Source of the DNA: a virus
Lineage: Duplodnaviria; Caudoviricetes
Virus record (IMG/VR): IMGVR_UViG_2889049205_000001
Span: 128,001-192,000 of that record
Length of the DNA: 64,000 bases
Strand: one strand, 5' to 3'
The position numbers and the translations under genes were made by a program. The notes under the pieces are model-generated. The model was not told the origin of the DNA. It saw only the letters and a list, made by a program, of their open reading frames with translations, and ran no database searches. This document shows, one piece after another, positions 46,144 through 54,996 of the stretch (the stretch's first letter is position 1; every line of letters starts with the position of its first letter).

Positions 46144-46863
46144 ATGGGAAAACATCGCCTGGGTACCAAAAATTATCAAGCCACAAATGCCAATCAGATT
46201 TGGTTGGACGAGGATCTACTTTATCTTCTCCTCAATTATAAGAAGCTTTCTGTCCGCTATAAGCCGGACGTTTGCTTCGACATGATCGGCCGGGAGCTCG
46301 GTCGATCGGTCAAGGCGTGTGCGTCGCAGCTTAGTCTGCTTCGCACCGGCAAGACCAAAATTAACATGCTCCCTATCCAGATCATGCTGGAAGATGTGTC
46401 TAGCATGGATGACTTCACCATTCCAGAGGACGACACAGCCGATGAGGTCCACGATCCTGTCATCTCCGTGGTTCCCAACGAGAACTATGCAGACCTGGAC
46501 GCAGCACAGGATTTTATCCGGAATATGTTCGGTCAACTCAATCAGACAGTTCAAACGCTTGAGGCGTTGAACGATAAGCTGATCGCTGACAACGAGCATT
46601 TGACCGGAGAACTTGAGGCGAAAACATCCAATGCCGAGGACCTCCAGCTGATCGAGAAGCTTCGGGAAGAAATTGCAACTCTGGAGCAGTGGCTGCGGGA
46701 GGAGCAAGCCAAGACGCACGGGCTTACGGAAGAAAACATCCGGCACATCAATGAGATCGAGCGTCTCAAGCGCAAGCTCTCTACGGTGCTTAATATACGG
46801 CATGAGCTGGAACAGGATCTGCAGCAGCAAGAGCAGCAGCCCGGCATTCGGAGAGTGAAATGA
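46144..46863 (+). CDS. Myb/HTH-like plus coiled-coil protein
   Basis: W..ED..L...F..IGRELGRS..AC; long coiled coil. Confidence 0.65.
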   Translation: MGKHRLGTKNYQATNANQIWLDEDLLYLLLNYKKLSVRYKPDVCFDMIGRELGRSVKACASQLSLLRTGKTKINMLPIQIMLEDVSSMDDFTIPEDDTADEVHDPVISVVPNENYADLDAAQDFIRNMFGQLNQTVQTLEALNDKLIADNEHLTGELEAKTSNAEDLQLIEKLREEIATLEQWLREEQAKTHGLTEENIRHINEIERLKRKLSTVLNIRHELEQDLQQQEQQPGIRRVK

Positions 46864-47123
46864 ATCTCGTCTACAAATATCTAATCATCCACAATATGGT
46901 CGGTAATTACAAAGAGGGCGACGAGTGCCCTCTTTGCGGCGAAAAATGTGATGACCAGTCTGAAAGTGTGGATGTAGGTGTCGGCTGGGTTCCAGTCACA
47001 TACGACATGTACTGTTGGAATTGCGGCGCCGAAGGGCATAACTCCGGAACTCAGGTCAGATGGTATGCTCCGGATCCGGACTCCCCATACGGTGTCTCGG
47101 CACTCTATGGACCAGCTATATAA
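46860..47123 (+). CDS. zinc-ribbon protein
   Basis: CPLCG...SVDVGVG...CWNCG. Confidence 0.65.
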   Translation: MNLVYKYLIIHNMVGNYKEGDECPLCGEKCDDQSESVDVGVGWVPVTYDMYCWNCGAEGHNSGTQVRWYAPDPDSPYGVSALYGPAI

Positions 47124-47133
47124 ATGAAATGAG

Positions 47134-48123
47134 GTGCTTCGAATGCCAGATCTGTTCGACTTCGATTACACCATTGAGCTAACAGAAGAAGTCATTCAGG
47201 AATCGTTGCAGGGTTTGATCCTGCATTTCAAAGCAAGTGGCAACAGTCACTCTGTGCATATGAAAGACCGGGAGTTCGGCCGCATCTATCAGGCAGGCGG
47301 TGAAAGCATCATCGTCCCTGGGCTGAACGGCAAAATCCGGATGTGTATCCCAGAGCTGGAGAAGCGTGGACATTGCCACCGATGGAATGGGAGCTCCTCC
47401 CCCATGCTTCATCTGAACGATGAGCTGCGTGACTTCCAAGATCCGGAGGAAATCGCAGCCAAGTTCCGTGCTGCTGCCGATCGCTGTTTGGCTGCCGGCG
47501 GGGATTACTACACGCTCTATAGTATTCGAACCAATATCAGTATCGGCGTATCCGGCCCTGGCATTGACAAGGCAATTACCAGAGAGATGGACCGTCTCGC
47601 TGTTGAGCTTGGCTTCCGCCATTACAAAGAAAAGCCCAAGGCTCTTGGCATGCGCATAAATCACATCAATAAGAAAAACAAGCCAATCATCGAAGCGATC
47701 TTCGAGGCTATGAAGCCAATGAAGGATCACCGGGAAGCTCGTCAGTTTTTTGATAGTCATGCCTTTCAGGATCCATCCAGGTACGGCGACGGCTCGGAGA
47801 ACTTTATCACCCTCATGCCTTCCGTTTTCGATTGCCAGTGTCTAATTGAGTCCGACAACATCAAGGACACGGCTGAAATACTGGCACATATTGGTGGCAG
47901 CTGGTGGAAACCAGAGAACGAAGGTCGCTTGATCATCCGAACCAAAGACGATGTGTATGACACGATCATGAGCGAGCCGGACGACGACGTAGAAGACGAA
48001 AACGAATATCGGATTTACGAAGACGACGATATCGACGATGAGGCTGCAGAGCTTGAGGAGGATCATCATGAAGCAGATTCAGACGTGCCTGGACCGAGCA
48101 TTCCAGAAGGCATCCCCGCTTAA
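47134..48123 (+). CDS. hypothetical protein with acidic tail
   Basis: 329-aa ORF. Confidence 0.75.
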   Translation: MLRMPDLFDFDYTIELTEEVIQESLQGLILHFKASGNSHSVHMKDREFGRIYQAGGESIIVPGLNGKIRMCIPELEKRGHCHRWNGSSSPMLHLNDELRDFQDPEEIAAKFRAAADRCLAAGGDYYTLYSIRTNISIGVSGPGIDKAITREMDRLAVELGFRHYKEKPKALGMRINHINKKNKPIIEAIFEAMKPMKDHREARQFFDSHAFQDPSRYGDGSENFITLMPSVFDCQCLIESDNIKDTAEILAHIGGSWWKPENEGRLIIRTKDDVYDTIMSEPDDDVEDENEYRIYEDDDIDDEAAELEEDHHEADSDVPGPSIPEGIPA

Positions 48124-48379
48124 ACAAAAGTGGCGAGCGGCGATCGGCCAGGCTCCTATTATTCATCACCAGTGGCTGATTCTCAGACACTATCACCATA
48201 TCGTTCTAATCTACGATCTGGACACCAGCGAGGTCCTTATGCAGTGGTGGGAGCGACCGGCCGACAAACGTGGACTTGACGCTGCACTTGCATATTTGGA
48301 GAGGAAGAAAAGCGATGCCAGTGAAAACGAAAGCAAAGAAGCCGGATCCGGCAGTGAGCTTCAGCGATCAGTTTATTGA
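48068..48379 (+). CDS. hypothetical protein
   Basis: GAGGAGG RBS. Confidence 0.55.
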   Translation: MKQIQTCLDRAFQKASPLKQKWRAAIGQAPIIHHQWLILRHYHHIVLIYDLDTSEVLMQWWERPADKRGLDAALAYLERKKSDASENESKEAGSGSELQRSVY

Positions 48380-49637
48380 TAAAATCGGTCTGGATGAGAT
48401 GTGCCGAAGGCATGCAAGGGCCGCTGAGATTATGCGGTCCCCTATTTTTGTTCAGCCGCCTAAGTCGGTTGAAGACTCTCATCGGTTCGGCTGGATGCGT
48501 GGCATTGCCTTAATGACCGAAACGCTGATTAATGGCCGGTGGTACGAGTGGCTCCGAGTGAACGCACTTGGCCGGCTGCCTGAAGACATCGACTGGCCGG
48601 ACGTGTCGATGAGCATGTATCCGTCTGGGAGACATGAGGTATCAAAGATGCTGGAAAACTGCATGAAGCACGTCTACCAGTACGGGCTGCGTGTCGATGT
48701 ATTACTGGATTGGATCGGCTATGCGCTTGGTATTTCCTGGTTTGATAAACCGTCCATGCCCGAATCACTTTGGGGCCATTTGTACCGGTCATTCAATTTG
48801 GATTTGTTCTTCATGTATCCGTCGGATTACTTTTCTGATTTTCTGGCCACACACGGATACAGCGGTGTCGCCGATTATTTTCCGACTCCTCTGAACATCA
48901 CAATCATGATGAATATGATTGCTGAGCCGCAGCTCTATGAAACGCTCTATGAACCATGCTTGGGCGCAGCTGCGCAACTGTTACCTTCACGCAGCCTAAA
49001 CATGATCGGTACGGATCTTAATCCAGCCATGGTCAAGACGGCCTCCATACAAGCGTTCCTGTATCAACCCGCCCTTCTCTACGCCCCTCATCCAATCAAA
49101 GGCATCCACTTCGACGAGAAAGAGATGCGCATGTGCCGGTACTTCGAGTTCACCACGGATACCCGGATCTACTGCGGCGATTCCTTAATGGGCGAGTTTA
49201 CGGCACCTCGTAATATTTTTGAAGAGAGCAGCGAACACATCGATGTGTACTTGTCTCCAGTGGATTTGAAGAAACGGGAGCTCTATAAGTATGAAGAGGA
49301 AATGATGATGCCTTGGGATGAACTGCCCAAGGAGATGAAATGGAAGATCGTTGTAGCGCAATCGAGGGAGTTTCCGATGGACGTGTGTTTGAGCAATCCG
49401 CCGTTCAATATGAGTGTGGGCAAATTCTGGCGAGACAACCTGCAACGGATTGAGGATGGCAATTCGATGTTTCTTCAGGAAAGAGAACAGCGGCTGGCGC
49501 TTTGGCAGGAGAAGTATGCCAATCGGCCAGCCGCTGTATTTCAAAGCATTGAGGAAGATGTGAGTCATCGAATCGTTGTTATCGAGACACGAGCGAAGAA
49601 TGTGATCAAGGGTCAGCTGGCGTTTGAGTTCGCCTAA
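48315..49637 (+). CDS. N6-adenine DNA methyltransferase-like protein
   Basis: YFPTP, YEPCLG (motif I variant), GDSL, NPPF (motif IV). Confidence 0.75.
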   Translation: MPVKTKAKKPDPAVSFSDQFIDKIGLDEMCRRHARAAEIMRSPIFVQPPKSVEDSHRFGWMRGIALMTETLINGRWYEWLRVNALGRLPEDIDWPDVSMSMYPSGRHEVSKMLENCMKHVYQYGLRVDVLLDWIGYALGISWFDKPSMPESLWGHLYRSFNLDLFFMYPSDYFSDFLATHGYSGVADYFPTPLNITIMMNMIAEPQLYETLYEPCLGAAAQLLPSRSLNMIGTDLNPAMVKTASIQAFLYQPALLYAPHPIKGIHFDEKEMRMCRYFEFTTDTRIYCGDSLMGEFTAPRNIFEESSEHIDVYLSPVDLKKRELYKYEEEMMMPWDELPKEMKWKIVVAQSREFPMDVCLSNPPFNMSVGKFWRDNLQRIEDGNSMFLQEREQRLALWQEKYANRPAAVFQSIEEDVSHRIVVIETRAKNVIKGQLAFEFA

Positions 49638-49900
49638 TAGGTGACTGACATGCTCCATGTCCCGCAGTTACCACAAACGAAAAGCTCGATTTCTTTGCTG
49701 TCGATAGCGGTATCCACCCAGTAGCCGGCTCCGGTCGTGCATCCGCACTTGGTGTAGAAGCGAGCCATTTCTGGGTTCGTCTTCGTGCCAACGTGATCCT
49801 CAGATACATCAATTTTGAGAACCTCTTCCATTAAATCCGGCCGCTCTTGGAACAGCTCAGGAACAAACTTCAGTTTCTCCGCTTGGAGCAGCATGGGCAA
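49634..49900 (-). CDS. hypothetical protein (Cys motifs)
   Basis: downstream of rep in the same orientation. Confidence 0.6.
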   Translation of the reverse strand: MPMLLQAEKLKFVPELFQERPDLMEEVLKIDVSEDHVGTKTNPEMARFYTKCGCTTGAGYWVDTAIDSKEIELFVCGNCGTWSMSVTY

Positions 49901-49907
49901 TTTCCTT

Positions 49908-50138
49908 TCAATTTGGATCGCTTTCTGGATCCTGAAGGATTTCGATCTTCTCGTCCAGTTCCATTTTTATCATCGTCAGCCGCAATTGAATGTCATCGCT
50001 CTTGTTGTAGCTTAATTTGCGGTGTGCTCTGGAGATCAGCTGCGAGGCCTGAAGGAGCATATCCGCTGCTTGCCTTCTGGCCCCGATGGCCTCTGCTAGA
50101 TCCCGTTTGCGTCGGAGCTCCTTGTCACGCTCGTCCAT
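49908..50138 (-). CDS. hypothetical protein
   Basis: GAGGTG RBS. Confidence 0.65.
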   Translation of the reverse strand: MDERDKELRRKRDLAEAIGARRQAADMLLQASQLISRAHRKLSYNKSDDIQLRLTMIKMELDEKIEILQDPESDPN

Positions 50139-50145
50139 TCGTGGA

Positions 50146-51096
50146 TCACCTCATATTGTAGAACTCATTTGTGTAAAGGACCTCTTCATTATCGAGCGTC
50201 GATTTGAACCAGACGAATGGGTTCTTGTCGATCTTTCCGGTTTTGAACCCCTGCCGGAATTTGACCGCTGCCCGCTGCACTGCAACCGGGGTGTACTTGT
50301 CCCACTCGATCTCTTTCAGCACTTTGTCGGTGAACGCTTGAGGAAGTCTGATTTTGCTTGAGACTTCTTCTATGAAACAATCCTTACCCATTTGAGAGTA
50401 GATGGACTCTTCATCTTCTTCTTCAAAAGATCTATTTCTACTATCTTTAAAATCTAATATATTTATAGATTTATTTAGGGCATCGTCGGAGCCTTGTCCC
50501 GCCTGGGCTGAAGGGCTCTCAGGTGTAGTGCTTTTGCCAACCTCGTCGGGGTGATTTTGACTACCTTCTGTTGTCAATTTTACCCCGTCATTGGTGGCTT
50601 TTTCACTACCCGTGTTGTCGTTTATACCACCAGGGTTGTCTTTTCCACCACCGGGGTTGTCAATTTGACCACCGGGGTTGTCTTTTTTACTACCCCTGTT
50701 GTCCTTTTTACTACTGGGGTTGTCAATTTCACCCCAGTTGACGACTTTTTTCCAATCAAAATCGTATGTCCACTCGACTTGAGTAGTCTCATCCATCACG
50801 AGGCGATAGAAATTATGGCCGTGAAGGTTGTTTTGCTCTATGTAGCCCTTCTCCGTACACTGCTTGATGGCATTTGATGCTTGCTTCTTATCGAAGCCCA
50901 GGTACTTCACGAGATCGTTGAGGCTAAATTGGAGGCAATAGCCATCCTTTCGCCATCCGAACGTGAAACGCATCATAAATGATAGCAGCCTGATCTCTAT
51001 GAGGCTCAGCTCGTTCCGCATGATCAGATCGTAGAACTCGTTGGGAGTCTGCGTAAAGCCACTTGGAATGCTGAATCCTTTGAAATTTTCATGCAA
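50146..51096 (-). CDS. phage O-like replication initiator
   Basis: FTQTPNE..D...LS..E.R....R.TFGW wHTH N-terminus; internal 7-aa/21-bp repeats. Confidence 0.8.
   Translation of the reverse strand: MHENFKGFSIPSGFTQTPNEFYDLIMRNELSLIEIRLLSFMMRFTFGWRKDGYCLQFSLNDLVKYLGFDKKQASNAIKQCTEKGYIEQNNLHGHNFYRLVMDETTQVEWTYDFDWKKVVNWGEIDNPSSKKDNRGSKKDNPGGQIDNPGGGKDNPGGINDNTGSEKATNDGVKLTTEGSQNHPDEVGKSTTPESPSAQAGQGSDDALNKSINILDFKDSRNRSFEEEDEESIYSQMGKDCFIEEVSSKIRLPQAFTDKVLKEIEWDKYTPVAVQRAAVKFRQGFKTGKIDKNPFVWFKSTLDNEEVLYTNEFYNMR
50599..50724. repeat. six tandem 21-bp iterons (putative origin)
   Basis: GTTGTC at 50614, 50635, 50656, 50677, 50698 and 50719; AT-rich tract at about 50430-50480. Confidence 0.85.
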
Positions 51097-51112
51097 CTCT
51101 TTTCCCTCCTAC

Positions 51113-51220
51113 TTTACAAATAGTAGGGGTATCGACTATACTAAAAGCATCAAATCGCATAGCAATACCCCCAAAGGGAACCTAAACCACCGGCCAAAGT
51201 GAGAAGGTTCCTTTTTCTTT
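51113..51220 (+). ncRNA. putative countertranscript (antisense to rep leader) with promoter and terminator
   Basis: TTTACA-18-TATACT; AAAGGGAACCT/AGGTTCCTTT hairpin followed by TTCTTT. Confidence 0.5.
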
Positions 51221-51506
51221 GTCTTAATAGTAAACGATTCGTGTTAATTTTACAAATAGTTTTGGTATGTTTTGAGAATAGTTTGGGGGTTGTAATGATG
51301 CATCCTGCGGGCAAAATCCTTGTCACGCTTGGGCGTGTGGCTGCAGCAGAGGCCGGAAGGCAATTGGTGAAACATGGAGTGCCGGCTTTGCAAAAAGCGA
51401 CAGCTCTGGCCTATCGAAAATATCAATCTATCAAGAAATAAAAAATATAACGTATAACATATTACGGTACGAAATATGTTTTGCATTCCATGCTGGAGGT
51501 GATGCG

Positions 51507-51641
51507 ATGTTCAGAGTATACTGGATTAATGCAGCTGGCCATCAGGATGAATCGTTCCATGGCAGCGAAAAATTGCGTGACGATAAAATTGCGGATCTCG
51601 AGAGTCAAGGAATTACCGCAGAATGGGAGCATACGAAATGA
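51507..51641 (+). CDS. small hypothetical protein (44 aa)
   Basis: GGAGGTG RBS; ATGA overlap with the next gene. Confidence 0.55.
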   Translation: MFRVYWINAAGHQDESFHGSEKLRDDKIADLESQGITAEWEHTK

Positions 51642-51820
51642 AGGAACTAGAAAAGGTAAGCATGTCTCGAATCGAAACCGCCCTCTTCCGGATTGATCGT
51701 GCCACTTCAGATCCGGAGGTTAAGAAGCTCGTCGAACAGGCGCTGCAGGTAGTAAAGGAAGAACGTGACCGTGTGGAGAACATCCGTGAGGTCGCATTCA
51801 TGATCGCCAACAAACTGTAA
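51638..51820 (+). CDS. hypothetical protein
   Basis: helical 60-aa ORF. Confidence 0.6.
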   Translation: MKELEKVSMSRIETALFRIDRATSDPEVKKLVEQALQVVKEERDRVENIREVAFMIANKL

Positions 51821-51851
51821 CTGCCCTTCAGGGCTTTGTATTGTTGTATAG

Positions 51852-51892
51852 AAAGAGCGGCACCCTTCTCTATTGGGTCGCCGCTCTTTTTC
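51852..51892. terminator. bidirectional terminator
   Basis: AAAGAGCGG...CCGCTCTTTTT between convergent genes. Confidence 0.7.
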
Positions 51893-52273
51893 TTATCCAA
51901 AATTATCCTTCAGTGCTTGCTGCAGTAATCCCTGGCAGCGATCGATTTCCTCTTTCAGCTGCTTCTTATAGATTTCTGCCCGATCGGCGCCATCGTCGGT
52001 GAACTGATAGTACACCAGTTTTTTGAACCGGTCATGCGGCGGTACGATTTCTTGCCTATGTAAAATGCCGTCTTCTACAAGATCATACAAGGCCTCATAC
52101 ATGGCCGAGTGGGTGGGCTGGTATCCGAAAGGCTTGAACGTTTCGGTCAGCGTGTCCAGGATCTGTAGTCCATATGCTTTTTTCTTTTCCATCAATGTAA
52201 TGAGATACAGTTTCAGGAAGGCCCGCTGCTTGAGCATGAACCCTCTACTTTCTCTCTTCTGTTTTTCCGCCAT
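51893..52273 (-). CDS. rtp: replication terminator protein
   Basis: GFMLKQRAFLKLY...YGL...YKKQLK.E.DRC..L...AL.DNF, collinear with Bacillus RTP. Confidence 0.93.
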   Translation of the reverse strand: MAEKQKRESRGFMLKQRAFLKLYLITLMEKKKAYGLQILDTLTETFKPFGYQPTHSAMYEALYDLVEDGILHRQEIVPPHDRFKKLVYYQFTDDGADRAEIYKKQLKEEIDRCQGLLQQALKDNFG

Positions 52274-52308
52274 GCAATCTATCACCCTCCTAAATCTTAA
52301 TTATTCAC

Positions 52309-52465
52309 TGTCTAAAATCTTCAACGTGAATCCAGTATAAACCATCTCCACCACCCTTGTCCATATAGGTCCTGAGACTTCTTTGATACTGAACTTAGAG
52401 ACGTTACAGAACTGCAGGTAATAACGGGTGAACATTTATACGTTGAAGACTTTAGACAATGTTCA
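52309..52465. promoter_or_regulatory. inverted Ter-like repeat pair upstream of rtp
   Basis: TGTCTAAAATCTTCAACGT (52309-52327) / ACGTTGAAGACTTTAGACA (52440-52458), 18/19; flanking TGAACATTT resembles the RTP core AAATGTTCA. Confidence 0.6.
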
Positions 52466-52478
52466 AATTAGATTAAAC

Positions 52479-52508
52479 TTGCATTGCAAACATATGTTCT
52501 CGTATAAT
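52479..52508 (+). promoter_or_regulatory. sigmaA promoter with LexA (SOS) box
   Basis: TTGCAT-18-TATAAT enclosing CAAACATATGTTCT (52487-52500). Confidence 0.75.
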
Positions 52509-52526
52509 GGCCGTGAGGTGATTGTT

Positions 52527-52838
52527 ATGAGCAAATTAGATGGCAATGGTGTGTGGTCGTCCAAGTTCATTGTTCCGGAGTTCGGCGCTGCACTCGCTAA
52601 GCATCAGCTCGAAAGCCGCCGCCGGGCAAAGCCCCTTCTCGATGACCAGGAATGGGAGATTATTACGCAGGCGATCGGAACATCGAGGTTTAATCGTGAA
52701 CCGGTGAAGCTGATTCTGTTCGACCCATTTGAGGATGTATCCATTGAAGGCGTCGTTGAAAAGTTTGATCCGCAGCTGCAGCAGATCCGGATGAATAGTT
52801 CCTGGTTCAAGCTGGCTGATGTGATCGGTGTCGGATAA
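52527..52838 (+). CDS. yolD: YolD-like protein
   Basis: W....VPE...L, KPLLDDQEWE.I, G.V.K.D.....I; SOS box upstream. Confidence 0.8.
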   Translation: MSKLDGNGVWSSKFIVPEFGAALAKHQLESRRRAKPLLDDQEWEIITQAIGTSRFNREPVKLILFDPFEDVSIEGVVEKFDPQLQQIRMNSSWFKLADVIGVG

Positions 52839-52852
52839 ATGAAAAACCGCCC

Positions 52853-53431
52853 CTATTCGGAGGCGGCCACAAAACCATATGCTTCTCGGCCGTCACGGTT
52901 GAGTTCGGCTTTGAAATATTGAAAGACGTCCAGCCAGTTGCGGCAGCGGATGTGCCTGTTCTTCAGGTACTGGTTATACGGCATGTCCATCAGGATTCCT
53001 TTTCCCCTGAATCCTTCAATGTTGTGCGGTCCGTCGTCGATCAAGTAATCCATCCGGAAGAGATCCTTGGGATGGAGCGGGACGAAGTGGTAGCTGTCGA
53101 TGAACGGTAGATGTTTCTCCACCCACGCCCACTTGTCGGCCACGACGTTCGGATGCGCTGACGTAACGATGAACACTTCGTAGTGGTCGTTCAGCCACGC
53201 CATGATGGAAGCTGCGCTCGGTTTGATGCCCAGGTCTCTGAACAATCCAGGCTCCCACAAGAACTTGTACATGTCCTTGCCGCATTCCGGCTTCACGTAG
53301 GTCGTGACGTCCCAGTTGGCCATGTCGGCCACTGTTAGACTGTCATTGTACTTCTCATTATATTTGGCGAGCCACACCTGTTCCAGGTTATTCAACGTGG
53401 TGTCCAGGTCTACTCCTACGATTTTCCGCAT
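52853..53431 (-). CDS. 5'(3')-deoxyribonucleotidase (HAD)
   Basis: VDLDTTL, IVTS, K..WV..HLPF, DYLIDDGPHN, PYN. Confidence 0.88.
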   Translation of the reverse strand: MRKIVGVDLDTTLNNLEQVWLAKYNEKYNDSLTVADMANWDVTTYVKPECGKDMYKFLWEPGLFRDLGIKPSAASIMAWLNDHYEVFIVTSAHPNVVADKWAWVEKHLPFIDSYHFVPLHPKDLFRMDYLIDDGPHNIEGFRGKGILMDMPYNQYLKNRHIRCRNWLDVFQYFKAELNRDGREAYGFVAASE

Positions 53432-53464
53432 AGCTGTCTCCTCCCCTGCTATGTATAGCCCCCA

Positions 53465-54136
53465 TTAAACTGGAGGCAATACCCGCTTTGCTTCCTTGTA
53501 AATGTCTTTGTGAATCTCTTCAGCCGGCAGCTGTCCCATCACCATGGCTGAGGATCCACGAACAAGGGTGTTGATATGGTCGTAGTACATGCTGCGCACG
53601 TCGGTCAGCAGATTAAAATCGGATTCATACCGATCGTTTCCACCGTGTTTCCCTTTGCGATTGATGCTTTCCTTCGGCGGCAGATCGATCAGGATCGTTA
53701 GATCCGGAGTCCGGACAAACCGCAGCAGGCTTTGAAGCCAGGAGTGAATCTCGCCGTATTTGAGATTCTGATCAGCTGCTTTGTTAGCCGGCAAACCATA
53801 TGCGTACTGGCTGCCAACGTAGCGGTCCAGAATCAACACATCGGTTCCTGCGGCGTCGAGCTCTTCGAACCATTTCTGCTGCGCCTGTTTGTCGGCCGCC
53901 ATAATTAGCTCAATCGTTTTCTGATCCACGTCGTAAGGTTCCATGCCCTCGGGCATATTGCCGGATCTTGTGTAGAGCCAGCGTTGGATCAATTGTCCGG
54001 TCGGCGTATCGTACCGGTGGAACTCGCTTTGCTCGACTTTGTATCCTTCAGCTCTCAAGCGTTCGACCAGCAGCTCCGTTTGCGTGTGCTTGCCGGATTT
54101 ATCGAGGCCCTCCAGGGCAATGATGGTCATCTTCAT
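53465..54136 (-). CDS. tmk: thymidylate kinase
   Basis: IALEGLDKSGKHTQ P-loop, ILDRYVGSQYAY, PDLTILID. Confidence 0.9.
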   Translation of the reverse strand: MKMTIIALEGLDKSGKHTQTELLVERLRAEGYKVEQSEFHRYDTPTGQLIQRWLYTRSGNMPEGMEPYDVDQKTIELIMAADKQAQQKWFEELDAAGTDVLILDRYVGSQYAYGLPANKAADQNLKYGEIHSWLQSLLRFVRTPDLTILIDLPPKESINRKGKHGGNDRYESDFNLLTDVRSMYYDHINTLVRGSSAMVMGQLPAEEIHKDIYKEAKRVLPPV

Positions 54137-54381
54137 TTGTCTTCATCCTCCTGTTTTCTACGTTCCTCGACTTGCTCCATTGCAAGCTCCAGCACGGTAA
54201 GCATGACGGCAATACTGGCATTGGTCGTCGTCATCCAGTTGGCATTGTTCTTGTTGACGATTTTGCTGATCTCCTCGAACATCTCCTCTGCCATACTCCG
54301 TGACTTCGCCTTGTCCTCGTCCGTCATTTGCGACTGCAGCACGCTCAGAAACGCTTTCGATTGATTAAGAAGTCTTTCCAT
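54133..54381 (-). CDS. hypothetical protein
   Basis: ATGA coupling to tmk. Confidence 0.65.
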   Translation of the reverse strand: MERLLNQSKAFLSVLQSQMTDEDKAKSRSMAEEMFEEISKIVNKNNANWMTTTNASIAVMLTVLELAMEQVEERRKQEDEDK

Positions 54382-54569
54382 TGATCCTTGTCCCCTTTGA
54401 TTGATTCAATCTCATCTTCCATATCCGATAGATCCGAGAACAAAAAGAAGATCACCAACATAAATGCGAATGTTGGCCACTTCAAAACCTCGGCCAGAAC
54501 ATAGAAGGCGCCCATGATCGCCAGGATCCGGAAACGCTTGGCTAGGTACATCCAGTTGAATTTCTTCAT
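54345..54569 (-). CDS. small two-TM membrane protein
   Basis: two hydrophobic segments. Confidence 0.6.
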   Translation of the reverse strand: MKKFNWMYLAKRFRILAIMGAFYVLAEVLKWPTFAFMLVIFFLFSDLSDMEDEIESIKGDKDQWKDFLINRKRF

Positions 54570-54575
54570 CCCCCG

Positions 54576-54893
54576 CTACACCTCGTTGTCTTTCTCGTCG
54601 TTGCCAAATCGGCATTTCAATTCGAATAGCCAGTCATGAAATAGCCACTTGGCAGGTTGGCCCAAGGCCAGAGACAAATCGATCAAAGCCTCCAGCTCCT
54701 CTTTGGTGCGGTATGCTTTAATCTGGTGATACCAGAAGCCATCCTTGTATCCGTCATCGAACTCAACGATGTACCGCATCTTGGCATTGTCGGCTTGCTT
54801 GATAATGCCAAGGCGGTTCTCGCATGGTGAAAGCGGGTCAATAATGACCACGAGTTGCTCGACCTGGTATTTCTTGAACTTGTTTTGGTCCAT
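54576..54893 (-). CDS. IDEAL-domain-like protein
   Basis: SH3/KOW-like N-terminus; LEALIDLSL...WLF. Confidence 0.6.
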   Translation of the reverse strand: MDQNKFKKYQVEQLVVIIDPLSPCENRLGIIKQADNAKMRYIVEFDDGYKDGFWYHQIKAYRTKEELEALIDLSLALGQPAKWLFHDWLFELKCRFGNDEKDNEV

Positions 54894-54996
54894 GAAGATT
54901 CACCTCAATGAACCCCTACTTCCCTTTCCGGCCGGTCTTCTTTCCACCTGGTGGAACGATAATCATTGCATCGCCTGTGCTGATTGCCATTGAGCC

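Noticed and set aside
50599-50724. Mini-CRISPR or DGR repeat
   Set aside because: Contiguous in-frame 21-bp units with no spacers and no reverse transcriptase; fits iterons.
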